From NCBI GenBank assembly GCA_030747485.1, contig JASLKP010000006.1, positions 608 through 64,607 of the forward strand: DNA of 64,000 nucleotides, written 5' to 3'. The notes below the pieces were generated by a model that did not search any database, was not told the origin of the DNA, and was given only the letters and a program-made list of their open reading frames with translations. The translations under genes were made by a program, and so were the position numbers. The stretch is from Candidatus Thalassarchaeaceae archaeon. Its GTDB lineage: Archaea > Thermoplasmatota > Poseidoniia > Poseidoniales > Thalassarchaeaceae. Below are positions 9,229-19,694 of the stretch, piece after piece; the first letter of the stretch is position 1; every line of letters begins with the position of its first letter.

Positions 9229-12200
9229 ATGTTTAACCTACCACCCGGAAATGCCGTTGACCCTGAAGCTGACTTGAGTGAAAGCCTGACCCAAATGCCC
9301 TTTGAAGCGGGCGTAGTATCTCATTACAAACCACGTGCGAAAACCCCGTGCGCCCATCGTTTAGTTTACGGTGGCCGAGTCGTAGGATGGTTGGCTGAAG
9401 CGGAAGCAAAACAATCGTTTGTCGTTGGAGAAGCAGCTAAAGTCAGATTGTTGGAACTCTCTGATTCACACGAATTGAAGGCACGGGGTGCAGAATGGAG
9501 TTCTGCACAATTTACTGAAGTCGCTCAAAGAATTCCTGAAGCGTTTCCAGACCCATCTGATGTTGCTGCACTACTAGCACAAGGTGCAGCTGCACTACCT
9601 GTCGAAGCGAAGGACCTAGCATTACTTGTTGATCGACTTGTAGATTCTGACGAAGTCAGGGGTGCACTCGCCTTTGAGGATGGAGTGCTCATTCACAATT
9701 CAGGAGATTTACCTAGCACTGCTGAATCACTTGCAGAATTGGGACACGAACGAATGGTTGGATTGTCATCAATGGCATCTGAATTCGGACAAGAAGATGC
9801 TTTATCCGCAACAATCAGACTTGATGGAGGACTACTCACATTCTCCGAAGCGGGTCAAGCCATGGTGGGCATTTGGTCCCGACATTCTGCAGATGCTCAA
9901 GCAGTATTGTCCAATGCAGCCAGCATGATTAGTAGTGTACCAGAGGCAGTATTAACAGAAGGTGGTGAATTGCCTGAAGGCTTCATTGTCAAAGAAAGCA
10001 AAAGTGGAATTGATCAGTTAATCTCATCATTACGTGAGGCCCATGAAGGGAATGTAACGGGTCACCTTGAATCAATGAGTGATGCGGATGATTCAATCTC
10101 AATTGTTCTAATCGATGGTGTGCCAGTTGGCATAAGAGAATCAAATGATACCACCCTCACCGATGCAGTTCATTCAATGACTGTATCTTCACGTCGTCTC
10201 CGCTTGCATCGATTGGATCGAGGATCACGACTAGAACTAGCAGGTTCAACTGTAGAAGATTGGTCGTTGGCCCACCTGGTAGAAGCCATTGCGAATTGTC
10301 GAACTCGTTCTGAAGACAGGAAGCGATTACTCTCAGGGCGCCTTGATGCACTATTCGATTTCAATCTAGGAATTGAAGCGATGGAATCAGGTCGTTCAAC
10401 ATGGAAGATGGTCGAAGGTGGTGGCGGAACTGCAACACTAATGCCTGTATCCAGTGGCAAGGTCCTCACTCCTGCAGGAGGAGAAGTGAAGCAACGACTA
10501 GAACAATTGGAACACGATAGAATCTCACTTGAGAGAGAAAAAGGACGACTTGAACGCGAAGTCAATGATGCACGTGCATCCCGTGACGAAGCACGTGAAT
10601 CGATGCATGATTTGGAAGCAACTCTAAGCGAAGCGAGAGAAGAACGTAGTGCATTACACAGAGAAATCGATGATCTTTCAGCAAAAATGAGAATCAATGC
10701 AGAAGAGGCGGATGAAGCCAGTGCACTCTCTGATCGATTGGCAAAACGCGTTGCAGAACTTGAACACATGGTTGAGAAACGTGCTGAAGAATTGGCTAGC
10801 GCACTAGGCGAATTTGATTCACGTGAAACCCTGTTGGGGGACCTTAGAGATCTTTCAACTGAAGAGGCTCGAGTGAAATCTGAACTATCTGCGGCTGATA
10901 CTCGACTGGATGAAGTTCGCAAAGCATTGGACCATGATGAGAGGCTACAGCGTGTCCTAACTGAACAAGTTGGTGCCCAAAGAGATCGCCACCGACTTGG
11001 CCAAGGAGAACTAGACGAAGTTGAACGACGCATTGAATCTCAAAGAGCCGAATTATCAGAACTTGAAGCAGAAGCACATGCTCATCGTCGATTAATGGAA
11101 GAGGAACGGGGACGTTTGTCTGATTCAGAACGAAAATCAACTATTATGCAATCTGAACTCCGTGAAATGATGGAAGAAAGAAGAATGCTACTTCGTGAAT
11201 TAGGAGATTTAGATGCCCGAAAGGCCCAATCTGAGACCGAACTTCGAATGCTACTTGAACAGGCCGAAGATTTGCAAGAAGCACATGAAATGGCCCTCTT
11301 AGACTTACAAGAAGCAGACCGGATTCGTGCCAGACTTGCAGAGGAGCCCCTAGCTCAAGCACTGTTGGGCGACGATCGTGGGCTCTCCAGCCTTGAACCA
11401 GTATTGGACCGTATGGCAAATGCACGTAGTCGCGGTTACAGTATCGTCCTATTGGATCGCGCAGTCGAACGTGCGCTTTCCATTATCCAGCACAGCGTAG
11501 ATGAAGTTGCACGAACGCCCCGATATCTTCTGTCTACAGAAGTTATGGAATTATTGGAACGTCAAGCACCAGAAACCGCTGGAACGGTACGAGGACTTAC
11601 ACGTTGGTCGGTCCAATCAAGGCTTGAACATCAATTGGCTGAAACTGTACAACATGTTGTCATCGACCTTGAGGGCCTGTTGGAGGAATACGAACAATCA
11701 GTGACCATGCTTGCACAACTACAGGATGTACTCAGAGGATTGGTAGACCTCGGCCTTCCTGCTGAAGAAATCAAACCACTCGAAAGGTTCAGCCATATGC
11801 CTGAGGCATTGCCTCATCTATCGATTGAAGTCCGTCGAATGATACAGAAGTCATTGGATGAAATCTATCTTGATGCTGACCGTAGAACTGCAGGTGACGC
11901 TGTTGGATTAGCTGAAACTGTTGAAGTCCTAGAACAATTACTGCGACGACTAGATGTTGCAGGATTGACGGGAGAAGATCCTGCTGGAATATTGTGGTCT
12001 TTCCAACGTACAGGGAGTCTTCCATTCGAAGCTGATGGGCTCGCACGACATGAAAGACCCAACATCAACAACGAGGCAGTAATTCACATGAATCCAGTAG
12101 ACATCAGTCCAACGGTTGCTGATGTCACACCAGTTGTTGCTCCAAGCGCTCCGACAGCAGCACCGACACCAGAGGCAAGCGCAGCCCCCGCATCAAATTC

Positions 12201-12465
12201 AACTTGGGAGCCAATCGAAGAGGCTGCAGAAGAAGATGGGATTGATATTTCAACCCGCATTTCTGCTGGACTCATTCCTTCAGAAACACCTGGTACACCT
12301 GAAGAAGTTGCACTCATGGCAAAAATCGATGTTGAATTGGCAAATGTAGATGCCTCGGCAGAAGTACGTGATGGAACTGAAAATGGTGTACCGCCACCAG
12401 CAGATCCTGCTCACCGCGACGCTCTGGATGATTTAGAACGCGAACTATCTGACCTTGATTTCTGA
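9229..12465 (+). CDS. Large multidomain protein: DUF2226-like - Roadblock - DUF2226-like - long coiled coil - helical and low-complexity acidic tail
   Basis: Internal Roadblock-like segment (LVDSDEVRGALAFEDGVLIH...IRLDGGLLTFSEAG); two LP(P/E)G-initiated alpha/beta domains; ~290-aa heptad region; no Walker motifs. Confidence 0.7.
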   Translation: MFNLPPGNAVDPEADLSESLTQMPFEAGVVSHYKPRAKTPCAHRLVYGGRVVGWLAEAEAKQSFVVGEAAKVRLLELSDSHELKARGAEWSSAQFTEVAQRIPEAFPDPSDVAALLAQGAAALPVEAKDLALLVDRLVDSDEVRGALAFEDGVLIHNSGDLPSTAESLAELGHERMVGLSSMASEFGQEDALSATIRLDGGLLTFSEAGQAMVGIWSRHSADAQAVLSNAASMISSVPEAVLTEGGELPEGFIVKESKSGIDQLISSLREAHEGNVTGHLESMSDADDSISIVLIDGVPVGIRESNDTTLTDAVHSMTVSSRRLRLHRLDRGSRLELAGSTVEDWSLAHLVEAIANCRTRSEDRKRLLSGRLDALFDFNLGIEAMESGRSTWKMVEGGGGTATLMPVSSGKVLTPAGGEVKQRLEQLEHDRISLEREKGRLEREVNDARASRDEARESMHDLEATLSEAREERSALHREIDDLSAKMRINAEEADEASALSDRLAKRVAELEHMVEKRAEELASALGEFDSRETLLGDLRDLSTEEARVKSELSAADTRLDEVRKALDHDERLQRVLTEQVGAQRDRHRLGQGELDEVERRIESQRAELSELEAEAHAHRRLMEEERGRLSDSERKSTIMQSELREMMEERRMLLRELGDLDARKAQSETELRMLLEQAEDLQEAHEMALLDLQEADRIRARLAEEPLAQALLGDDRGLSSLEPVLDRMANARSRGYSIVLLDRAVERALSIIQHSVDEVARTPRYLLSTEVMELLERQAPETAGTVRGLTRWSVQSRLEHQLAETVQHVVIDLEGLLEEYEQSVTMLAQLQDVLRGLVDLGLPAEEIKPLERFSHMPEALPHLSIEVRRMIQKSLDEIYLDADRRTAGDAVGLAETVEVLEQLLRRLDVAGLTGEDPAGILWSFQRTGSLPFEADGLARHERPNINNEAVIHMNPVDISPTVADVTPVVAPSAPTAAPTPEASAAPASNSTWEPIEEAAEEDGIDISTRISAGLIPSETPGTPEEVALMAKIDVELANVDASAEVRDGTENGVPPPADPAHRDALDDLERELSDLDF

Positions 12466-12475
12466 GGTGGAAAAG

Positions 12476-12760
12476 ATGGAAGAGGTACCCGCCTCACCAA
12501 TGGACTCTGCTCAAGGCGATGGGACGCTCATGGGTAGAACGGAGACACATGGCCGCCCATACCCACATTTGGGTGAAAAATTCGGTGTCTTACTTTCAAT
12601 TGTGATCGTTGTCTATCTTGGTTGTTGGATGTGGAGTGATTCAGGATGGGCAAATCCAATTCTGTGGATTACCTCAATCTGTGGACTTCCATTGCTTACG
12701 ATGTTCCTAGCAGAAATGTTTGGTAAAATCGTCCACACGTTGCATCAACGGAGTGAATAA
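12476..12760 (+). CDS. Small 2-TM membrane protein
   Basis: GAGGTG SD-like site before ATG 12476; two hydrophobic helices. Confidence 0.7.
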   Translation: MEEVPASPMDSAQGDGTLMGRTETHGRPYPHLGEKFGVLLSIVIVVYLGCWMWSDSGWANPILWITSICGLPLLTMFLAEMFGKIVHTLHQRSE

Positions 12761-14020
12761 TCAAGGGTTTGTACGACCCTTTGCCTTCTGAATGGCAGTT
12801 TCAACCCATCCGGAGATTCTTTGCCACGGTACAATGTATCTCAACGCAGCAACGAATGTCAAAAACAGCATCGCAGAGATTACCTTGCCATAGGTGAGTC
12901 TCAATTCTAGAGATTCACGAACTTGGCCACTCCATTGTCCAGAACCTGCCCAACCCACAACGTCGATTATGAGGTCGTCAAACTTCAGAGCCAACATTGT
13001 GACCAATGTCATCGCAAACACAATCACCACTGACTGTAGCATGTGACTGTTCATCAAATTCTGGAATTGACGAACATATTCAGGGTCCTTCTTACATGAC
13101 TCTGGGAGCCTGAATGCGTATTCCAAGAAGCGAATTGTGGCATGGGCTGTTTCTGAATATACCATCAACAGTATGGCGACCAATAACAAACTCCAGACAT
13201 CACTTGAGATGAGTCCGCCCAACGAATCAGCTTCTCCAATTTGAGTGGGGAGCGGATTCAAACCAGGAGAATAAGGATCTGAACTAGATGCGAGTTGGTT
13301 GACCACTCCTTCGTAAGACAATAACGCATACAATCCAAGGAAGATGAGCATAATTGCAATTGACCAGTTGACCATTCGTTTCGATAAACCCCAGATACCA
13401 ATCAAACCAAACAGAACAGGTGAGACAATGAGGATGACGATGAGTGCTTGGATATACACAGCCAATGGCCAAACCAAATGATTTGCATGATTTAGAGATG
13501 AATCCGCATCATGCCCAAAGGGCAAGTATAGATCAAAACTGGTAATCATTCCAAACGTCCAAGTCAGAAGGAACATTCCTGCAAGGAATAAAATCAGGGC
13601 ACCCAACAAACCGAGGGTGATTTTCCGACGTCGCTGAGGTGGCTGGAAATTTAGGGCAACCCATGCACCAGATACCATGGCCATGAGTAGAATTGGCATG
13701 AAATAACGACCATCACCTTCGTTTCCTTGACCAGTCATCCAATCCGGTATTGGCAATTCATCAAATCCACTATCGCTTCCTGCGAAATACTCCTCAATTG
13801 CATCCAATGTGAGTGTATGATCAAGAGCGGGGCACCAAGCATCCTGTTCCACATAGGTAGGGTGACAATGGCCGAAAACTCGAGTCATTGTCAAGAAGAG
13901 CCAGATTAATGCGAGGCTAGCAACCATCTGGAGACCGACCACTCTCCAATCCTTCCGAAGTACGCGTAGATGGAGGCTTGTGAGGCCCTCTTCTTGCTGT
14001 TCTACATCTCCTGCCATCAT
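12761..14020 (-). CDS. Polytopic membrane protein, hypothetical
   Basis: 419-aa ORF with about 8 TM segments; GGAGGTGA SD upstream; last gene of the DUF4350/DUF58 operon. Confidence 0.75.
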   Translation of the reverse strand: MMAGDVEQQEEGLTSLHLRVLRKDWRVVGLQMVASLALIWLFLTMTRVFGHCHPTYVEQDAWCPALDHTLTLDAIEEYFAGSDSGFDELPIPDWMTGQGNEGDGRYFMPILLMAMVSGAWVALNFQPPQRRRKITLGLLGALILFLAGMFLLTWTFGMITSFDLYLPFGHDADSSLNHANHLVWPLAVYIQALIVILIVSPVLFGLIGIWGLSKRMVNWSIAIMLIFLGLYALLSYEGVVNQLASSSDPYSPGLNPLPTQIGEADSLGGLISSDVWSLLLVAILLMVYSETAHATIRFLEYAFRLPESCKKDPEYVRQFQNLMNSHMLQSVVIVFAMTLVTMLALKFDDLIIDVVGWAGSGQWSGQVRESLELRLTYGKVISAMLFLTFVAALRYIVPWQRISGWVETAIQKAKGRTNP

Positions 14021-14029
14021 CTCACCTCC

Positions 14030-15280
14030 TTACATTTTCACCTGTAGCAGTGCTTGTGAAAGTTCTACATCTGGCATCCAATCAATGACTCTCGCACCGT
14101 AACCTGCGACTGCAGACAATCGGTTCTGTCTCTCAAGTTTCATGACTTCGTAAGACATGCGTGGGATACGACTGACGAGGCGTTCGTAATCGATACTACT
14201 TGGTGAAAGTACGACGACTTCGTGACCTCTACCAGCCAAGTCGCGAATGGCATTGGATACTGTCCCGTCACCCTCTAGACTACTGATGATGAATACGGGG
14301 CTACCTCGGCTAAATCGAGGGGCGAGTGCATTCGTAACTGCTTGTAATGGCATATTCCCTTTTGGAGCAACACCAGCCAAACTACTGAGGATTTTGAAAT
14401 ATTGTTTGTCTCCACCATCTGCTGGTAGATATGACAACTGATCATCGAATACTGCTAAGGCCACTGAGTCTCTGCGCTTCAAGAAGTAAGAAGCAAGACT
14501 TGCTGCGGCGATGGTACCCATTTCAAGGGGGTTTTTCAAGACCGTTCCAATCCTAGATATATCTCTTGAATCGAGCAAGAGGAACACGTCAGTCACTGCA
14601 TCTCGACACTTCTCATTGACCATCATGATACCAGTACGAGCAAATGCCTTCCAATTGATAATCTTGAATGGGTCGCCTGGAACATACTCTCTGAGTGAAT
14701 AAAATTCGGTACCGGGACCGGGTGTGCGTAGAGTCGTTGCACCTGTGTACATCTTTGGAGTACGTGAACGAATCATTGCTTCTTCGACATCACGTACTTG
14801 TGGAAATACGATGATACCTGAACGGTGATCGATGTACATTTCTTGACTGAAGAGATTGAAGGTGTTTCGGTATCTAATCGAGACTGGGCCAAAAGAAAAG
14901 TGCCCACGTAATGGACACCGGAGAACATAGCGGATTCGAGTGGTTTCTCCTGGGCCTAAGTTCACGCGCATGTAATTGAGTCCACTTCGTAATTTCATTT
15001 CGTGCGGTACGTTGTCGAATATTTCCAATTGTTGCGTCCTTCTGGTAGAACTGTTGGTAATTGCCAATTCAACATACAAATCATCGCCTTTGTAGAGATT
15101 GTCAGCAGATAGGGTTCTGACGATTTCAAGATTACCGTGACCGGAAACCCAACTGTTAATTGCGAGGAATGCACAGAACATCAATCCCAAAATCATCAAT
15201 TGGAAATTTGAAATCATCATACCGATGAGAACTAGAGATATACCTGATGCGAGCATCAATGCAGCCTTACGTGTCCACAT
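14030..15280 (-). CDS. DUF58 domain protein (MoxR-associated, vWA-like)
   Basis: GTEFYSLREYVPGDPFKIINWKAFAR motif, LLLDS, N-terminal TM pair. Confidence 0.9.
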   Translation of the reverse strand: MWTRKAALMLASGISLVLIGMMISNFQLMILGLMFCAFLAINSWVSGHGNLEIVRTLSADNLYKGDDLYVELAITNSSTRRTQQLEIFDNVPHEMKLRSGLNYMRVNLGPGETTRIRYVLRCPLRGHFSFGPVSIRYRNTFNLFSQEMYIDHRSGIIVFPQVRDVEEAMIRSRTPKMYTGATTLRTPGPGTEFYSLREYVPGDPFKIINWKAFARTGIMMVNEKCRDAVTDVFLLLDSRDISRIGTVLKNPLEMGTIAAASLASYFLKRRDSVALAVFDDQLSYLPADGGDKQYFKILSSLAGVAPKGNMPLQAVTNALAPRFSRGSPVFIISSLEGDGTVSNAIRDLAGRGHEVVVLSPSSIDYERLVSRIPRMSYEVMKLERQNRLSAVAGYGARVIDWMPDVELSQALLQVKM

Positions 15281-15295
15281 GATTCGTCACCTCGC

Positions 15296-16963
15296 TTACT
15301 TGCGCCCCCACATTTTCACTCGCTTAACAACTGCAACCAGCTGCTCAAGACTATATTTGCGATCTTCAAAGACGAATTTGACCAATACTGGATCTGCAAT
15401 CATTCTCTGTAATTCACGCGCAGGGAGTGCATCAAATTCGTCTCTTGTTAACGAATTGAGATTCCGCACTCGAGATAACAACACCTGTTTTACTTTGTTA
15501 GCACGACCATAGTATCCATATCGTCTAGCATCACCAAATCCATAGTAAATGATACTGAATACGTGACGCCAAGGTTCGGGATCTACCTTCTTGATGATGA
15601 CTGCCTCAAAGGTAACGAATAATGCTAAGAAAAGGAATAACATGGCCATCCAATCATTTGTGAAATAGACAAGGATGTAGTAAATCAAATTGTAAGTGTC
15701 CCCCATAGCGCTGGGCTGCTGGTGGCGACTTTCGTCGAAAATAACTTGCTTGCCAGAACCGGAAGTACCCGTTGGTTGACCTGCTGAATTTGTAGCATTG
15801 TCATGACTCAATAAAGCCTCGGCAACCATATCTAAAATCCACTTTCGGTTATCATTATCTGGGACTGACTTTCCATTGAGGTCACCATAATCTCCACCAT
15901 TTGCATCATCGTGGTCATAGACGACATTGATCAGTGCAGAACCATCGGTCACAAAGATTGCACGACCCATTGGGCTTGCCCCTGGATCTTCATCACAATC
16001 TCTGTTCAAGCATACTTTGACTGCTAGGGTGAATGGGCCTTGTTCATCACTTTCAACACCGCCACCCTCAAAACCGACTGTCAGATTTCCATCATCATTC
16101 GTATCCAAATACGAATCCTGACTTGAACGGCCGATTGCATAACGGTTCTCCGCTTGGAACTCTGCAGCATTCTTGTCAAATGCTGAGGGACTATTCAGCA
16201 GAACGTTGTAATCAGTTGAGAAATTCCAACTACCAGATTCTAAGTGATGAGAACATAGACCTGCATCGTCACTGGTCAATTGTTGTAGATTAGTGGGATT
16301 ATTTGGAGAATCATCTAGTCGATCGATGATACCATCGCCATCGCCATCAGAAAAACACGGATGTTGTGACGACATGTCTGTTCCAGTGTAATCGTAAGCA
16401 TCAGTCACATTCATCCAGATGTAATTGTGATCCAATTCACGAGCCCATGATTCGCCGTCGTATAATCGGTGGCCACTGTATTCCAGACCAAAGACGGAAG
16501 CCAATCCTCGAGCCCAACCAAAATCATCCATCACGATGATTGTGCCACCTCTTTCGACGTAACCAATGATTGCCTCAATCTCAGTAGTCGTGTATCCTTC
16601 ATTCTCACTGAATTGAACAACGTTAGACTCGCCAGTAAAACGTGGTAACGAAATTGTATCTTGTTCAACTCCAGTCACGATAAAGACCGTATCTTCAGGA
16701 TTGTCAATCTCTTCAAGAAGTACTGGAGACGAGACGAGACTTCTAGTATCAACACCCATGTCTTTCAAATCACTTCTTAGTGTAGACAAATCATCCCAAT
16801 CATCGTCATATGCCGATAGATGTGGGTCACCCTCAACGAGGTACGCACTGACAATACTGTACAGCAATAAAGCAAGGACGACATAGAAAGCCAACATGAG
16901 GCCACCTCGCCTCACCTTCTTGGACCGTAACGCGGTCTTGATGTCGATTTTTGGGAGATTCAT
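15296..16963 (-). CDS. DUF4350-like membrane-anchored protein
   Basis: N-terminal TM, LSAYDDDWDDLS, YVERGGTIIVMDDFG, VIFDESRH, C-terminal TM; typical DUF58 neighbour. Confidence 0.7.
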   Translation of the reverse strand: MNLPKIDIKTALRSKKVRRGGLMLAFYVVLALLLYSIVSAYLVEGDPHLSAYDDDWDDLSTLRSDLKDMGVDTRSLVSSPVLLEEIDNPEDTVFIVTGVEQDTISLPRFTGESNVVQFSENEGYTTTEIEAIIGYVERGGTIIVMDDFGWARGLASVFGLEYSGHRLYDGESWARELDHNYIWMNVTDAYDYTGTDMSSQHPCFSDGDGDGIIDRLDDSPNNPTNLQQLTSDDAGLCSHHLESGSWNFSTDYNVLLNSPSAFDKNAAEFQAENRYAIGRSSQDSYLDTNDDGNLTVGFEGGGVESDEQGPFTLAVKVCLNRDCDEDPGASPMGRAIFVTDGSALINVVYDHDDANGGDYGDLNGKSVPDNDNRKWILDMVAEALLSHDNATNSAGQPTGTSGSGKQVIFDESRHQQPSAMGDTYNLIYYILVYFTNDWMAMLFLFLALFVTFEAVIIKKVDPEPWRHVFSIIYYGFGDARRYGYYGRANKVKQVLLSRVRNLNSLTRDEFDALPARELQRMIADPVLVKFVFEDRKYSLEQLVAVVKRVKMWGRK

Positions 16964-17056
16964 ACGAAATACCTCACCACATCAGCCCGGACGTGTATGC
17001 TGAGACGCCGAAGTGGGACTTAAGACCGTTGCGCGATGTTGGAAGGCTAGTGCTTC

Positions 17057-17073
17057 CCCGCCCGTAGGGCGGG
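17057..17073. repeat. C-RTA-G triloop palindrome, copy 3 (cccgccc-GTA-gggcggg)
   Basis: Perfect 7-bp inverted repeat directly after the PRC-barrel stop codon. Confidence 0.8.
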
Positions 17074-17316
17074 TCAACGACTCAAATGGATGTCCTCGTC
17101 CACTTTCTCAACCTCTTCTGTGGGGACCAATAGATGATCACCATATGTTGGCCAAGGCAGTAAATTTGGATCCAATCCCGAATCTAATTCTAGCAACATG
17201 CCAAGGACATTGCCTGTTGCTTCATCCACGACTAAATCAGCAATGATTCCAAGCAAGTCACCTCGGCTATCAACGACTCTACGTCCAGTTAATTCTGAAC
17301 TGAAAGCCGCTGGCAA
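17074..17316 (-). CDS. PRC-barrel domain protein (CdpB-like)
   Basis: SELTGRRVVDSRGDLLGIIADLVVD...LLVPTEEVEKVDEDI; TTG start preceded by GAGGTGA. Confidence 0.85.
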   Translation of the reverse strand: MPAAFSSELTGRRVVDSRGDLLGIIADLVVDEATGNVLGMLLELDSGLDPNLLPWPTYGDHLLVPTEEVEKVDEDIHLSR

Positions 17317-17325
17317 AATATCACC

Positions 17326-19551
17326 TCAAACGCTTTCGATTCCCATCAAACTGTCAGGTTTTCGGCGAATACTATCAAGGCCACTCGTGAGCATGGCTTC
17401 AAGTTTTGAATAATATTCGAGCATATCTGGAGTGACGGTTGGCCTTACTCTACCAATTGCCTCCTCAAAGTGCTTCTTGGAAATAGATTTCTTGCCAACC
17501 CGCATTGAGATTAGAGCGGCTTCACGACATACGGCTTCAACATCTGCACCTGTGAAATTATCCATTTGATCAGTTAGGCTCTCAAGATTGAATTTTCCAA
17601 GAGGCATGTCTCGAGTGTGTATTTTCAGAATTTCTCGTAAACTGCCCTTATCGGGAGGCGGAATGTGAAGTACACGTTCAAAGCGACCACTTCGCAATAA
17701 TGCAGGATCAATCATCTCGGGTCGATTGGTCGCTGCAATTACAATTACACCCTCCATTGATTCAACACCATCCATACTTGATAACATCTGATTTACAACT
17801 CGATTAGCAACGTCTGAACCTTCACCACTTGTGGAGTGACGAATCCCTGCAATTGACTCAAATTCATCAAAGAAAATGATTGACGGGCTTGCCTGTTTTG
17901 CTTTCTTGAAAACCTCGCGTACTGCCTTCTCAGATTCACCCACCCATTTGGAGATCAGTTCGGGGCCTTTGACTGAGATGAAATTGGCCTTTGCCTCATT
18001 TGCAATTGCCTTAGCAATGAGGGTTTTTCCAGTACCAGGTGCACCGAAAAGCACGATTCCACGAGGTGGTTTAATTCCGAAATGTTCGAACCGATCAGGC
18101 ATTGTTAATGGCCATTCTACAGATTCTTTGAGTCGCTCTTTGACATCCTCTAAACCACCAACGTCAGTCCATGATACCTCGGGAATTTCAATGTAAATTT
18201 CTCGTAACGCACTCGGTTCAATTTCACGGATTGCTAGACGGAAATCATTCATCAGCACCTCCATCTTTTCAAGGACTTCAGGCGGGATTTCATCTAAATC
18301 TAAGTCTATTTCAGGCAAATAACGTCGCAGAGCCTTCATCGCTGCTTCACGAGTTAATGAAGAAATATCTGCACCTACGAATCCATAAGAATTCTCAAGA
18401 ATCCATTCCATATCGAAATCATCTGAAATCGGCATGCCACGTGTATGAATGTTGACAATCTCCCGACGTCCATTCTTATCGGGTACACCAATCTCTAACT
18501 CTCTGTCAAAGCGACCGGGGCGACGAAGGGCCTGATCAATGGCATCTGGTCGATTGGTAGCACCAATGACTACGACATTGTCTCGTCCGTGCATGCCATC
18601 CATCAAAGTTAGAAGTTGAGCGACTACTCTTCGCTCCACTTCACCGGATACGTCTTCACGCTTGGGGGCGATACTATCGAGTTCGTCAATGAAAATAATC
18701 GCTGGAGCATTACTTGCAGCTTCATCAAATATTTCGCGTAATTGTTTTTCAGATTCACCATAATATTTTGAAATAATTTCTGGTCCATTAATGCTAGTGA
18801 AATGAGCATTGGTCTCATTCGCTACAGCCTTTGCAATCATTGTTTTTCCAGTACCTGGTGGACCATGTAAAAGAACGCCTTTCGGAGGATCGATACCAAG
18901 TCTTCGGAAGAGAATCGGGTGTTTCAAAGGTAATTCAATCATCTCGCGTACCTTGTGTAATTGGTCACCCAACCCTCCAATGTCCTCGTACATGATGGAA
19001 GAGACTTCGCCCCCATGTTCTTCATTCGTTGGATCTTCCTTAATGACAATCTCAGTATCAGGTAAAACCTGTACGATTCCCTTGGGGTTGGTCGAAACAA
19101 TAGCGAAAGGAAGGGCTTCCGCAAATAGGGTCATTCCTGGAATGAAAATACGGTCGCCGGCAACAATTGGGCGCTTATTGAGGCCACGACGAGCAAACCC
19201 TTCGATTCCCGGCCCAAAGCGTACCTTTTGCTGTTTAGCCATGACTGGACTGAGGACCAAGCGCGTACACGGTTTTGTTTCAACCTTCTTGATGGTGACG
19301 CGATCACCAAGACTGACACCTGCATTCTTTCTAATGATACCATCAATCCTAATGACACCCAAATTGGCATCTTCAGGTCGACAGCGCCAAACAATGGCCG
19401 CAGTGCTGCTTTCACCTTTAATTTCAATTACGTCGCCTGGCTTGAGATTTAACTCATTGTCAAATGGAACTCTTGCACGCCCGTGCCCTACATCACTTGG
19501 TATAGCCTTCGCAACTCGCAAAGATAGTGTCTTGTCATCATCATCTGCCAT
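17326..19551 (-). CDS. cdc48: CDC48/VCP (VAT) AAA+ ATPase
   Basis: N-domain plus two AAA modules ([16 protein letters not shown]; IDELD/FDEFE; RPGRFDRE). Confidence 0.96.
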   Translation of the reverse strand: MADDDDKTLSLRVAKAIPSDVGHGRARVPFDNELNLKPGDVIEIKGESSTAAIVWRCRPEDANLGVIRIDGIIRKNAGVSLGDRVTIKKVETKPCTRLVLSPVMAKQQKVRFGPGIEGFARRGLNKRPIVAGDRIFIPGMTLFAEALPFAIVSTNPKGIVQVLPDTEIVIKEDPTNEEHGGEVSSIMYEDIGGLGDQLHKVREMIELPLKHPILFRRLGIDPPKGVLLHGPPGTGKTMIAKAVANETNAHFTSINGPEIISKYYGESEKQLREIFDEAASNAPAIIFIDELDSIAPKREDVSGEVERRVVAQLLTLMDGMHGRDNVVVIGATNRPDAIDQALRRPGRFDRELEIGVPDKNGRREIVNIHTRGMPISDDFDMEWILENSYGFVGADISSLTREAAMKALRRYLPEIDLDLDEIPPEVLEKMEVLMNDFRLAIREIEPSALREIYIEIPEVSWTDVGGLEDVKERLKESVEWPLTMPDRFEHFGIKPPRGIVLFGAPGTGKTLIAKAIANEAKANFISVKGPELISKWVGESEKAVREVFKKAKQASPSIIFFDEFESIAGIRHSTSGEGSDVANRVVNQMLSSMDGVESMEGVIVIAATNRPEMIDPALLRSGRFERVLHIPPPDKGSLREILKIHTRDMPLGKFNLESLTDQMDNFTGADVEAVCREAALISMRVGKKSISKKHFEEAIGRVRPTVTPDMLEYYSKLEAMLTSGLDSIRRKPDSLMGIESV

Positions 19552-19694
19552 GGTCCTGCCTCCAGACAAGTTGCCGATTCTACTGACCCCCTAAAACCCC
19601 TTCATTCGTAATTCTCCATCAAATGCTAGTCTAGATGTGTCTTTTCAGGTGCCAAAAAGGGAGGATTGATGATGGGGAGGTGGGTCGACGCAGT

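Noticed and set aside
10170-11033. 287-aa antisense ORF
   Set aside because: S/R-rich shadow of the coiled-coil gene on the opposite strand, with no protein-like motifs
9229-12465. Calling the coiled-coil protein SMC/Rad50
   Set aside because: No Walker A/B, signature, hinge or Zn-hook motifs
18809-19594. 261-aa antisense ORF
   Set aside because: Shadow frame of cdc48
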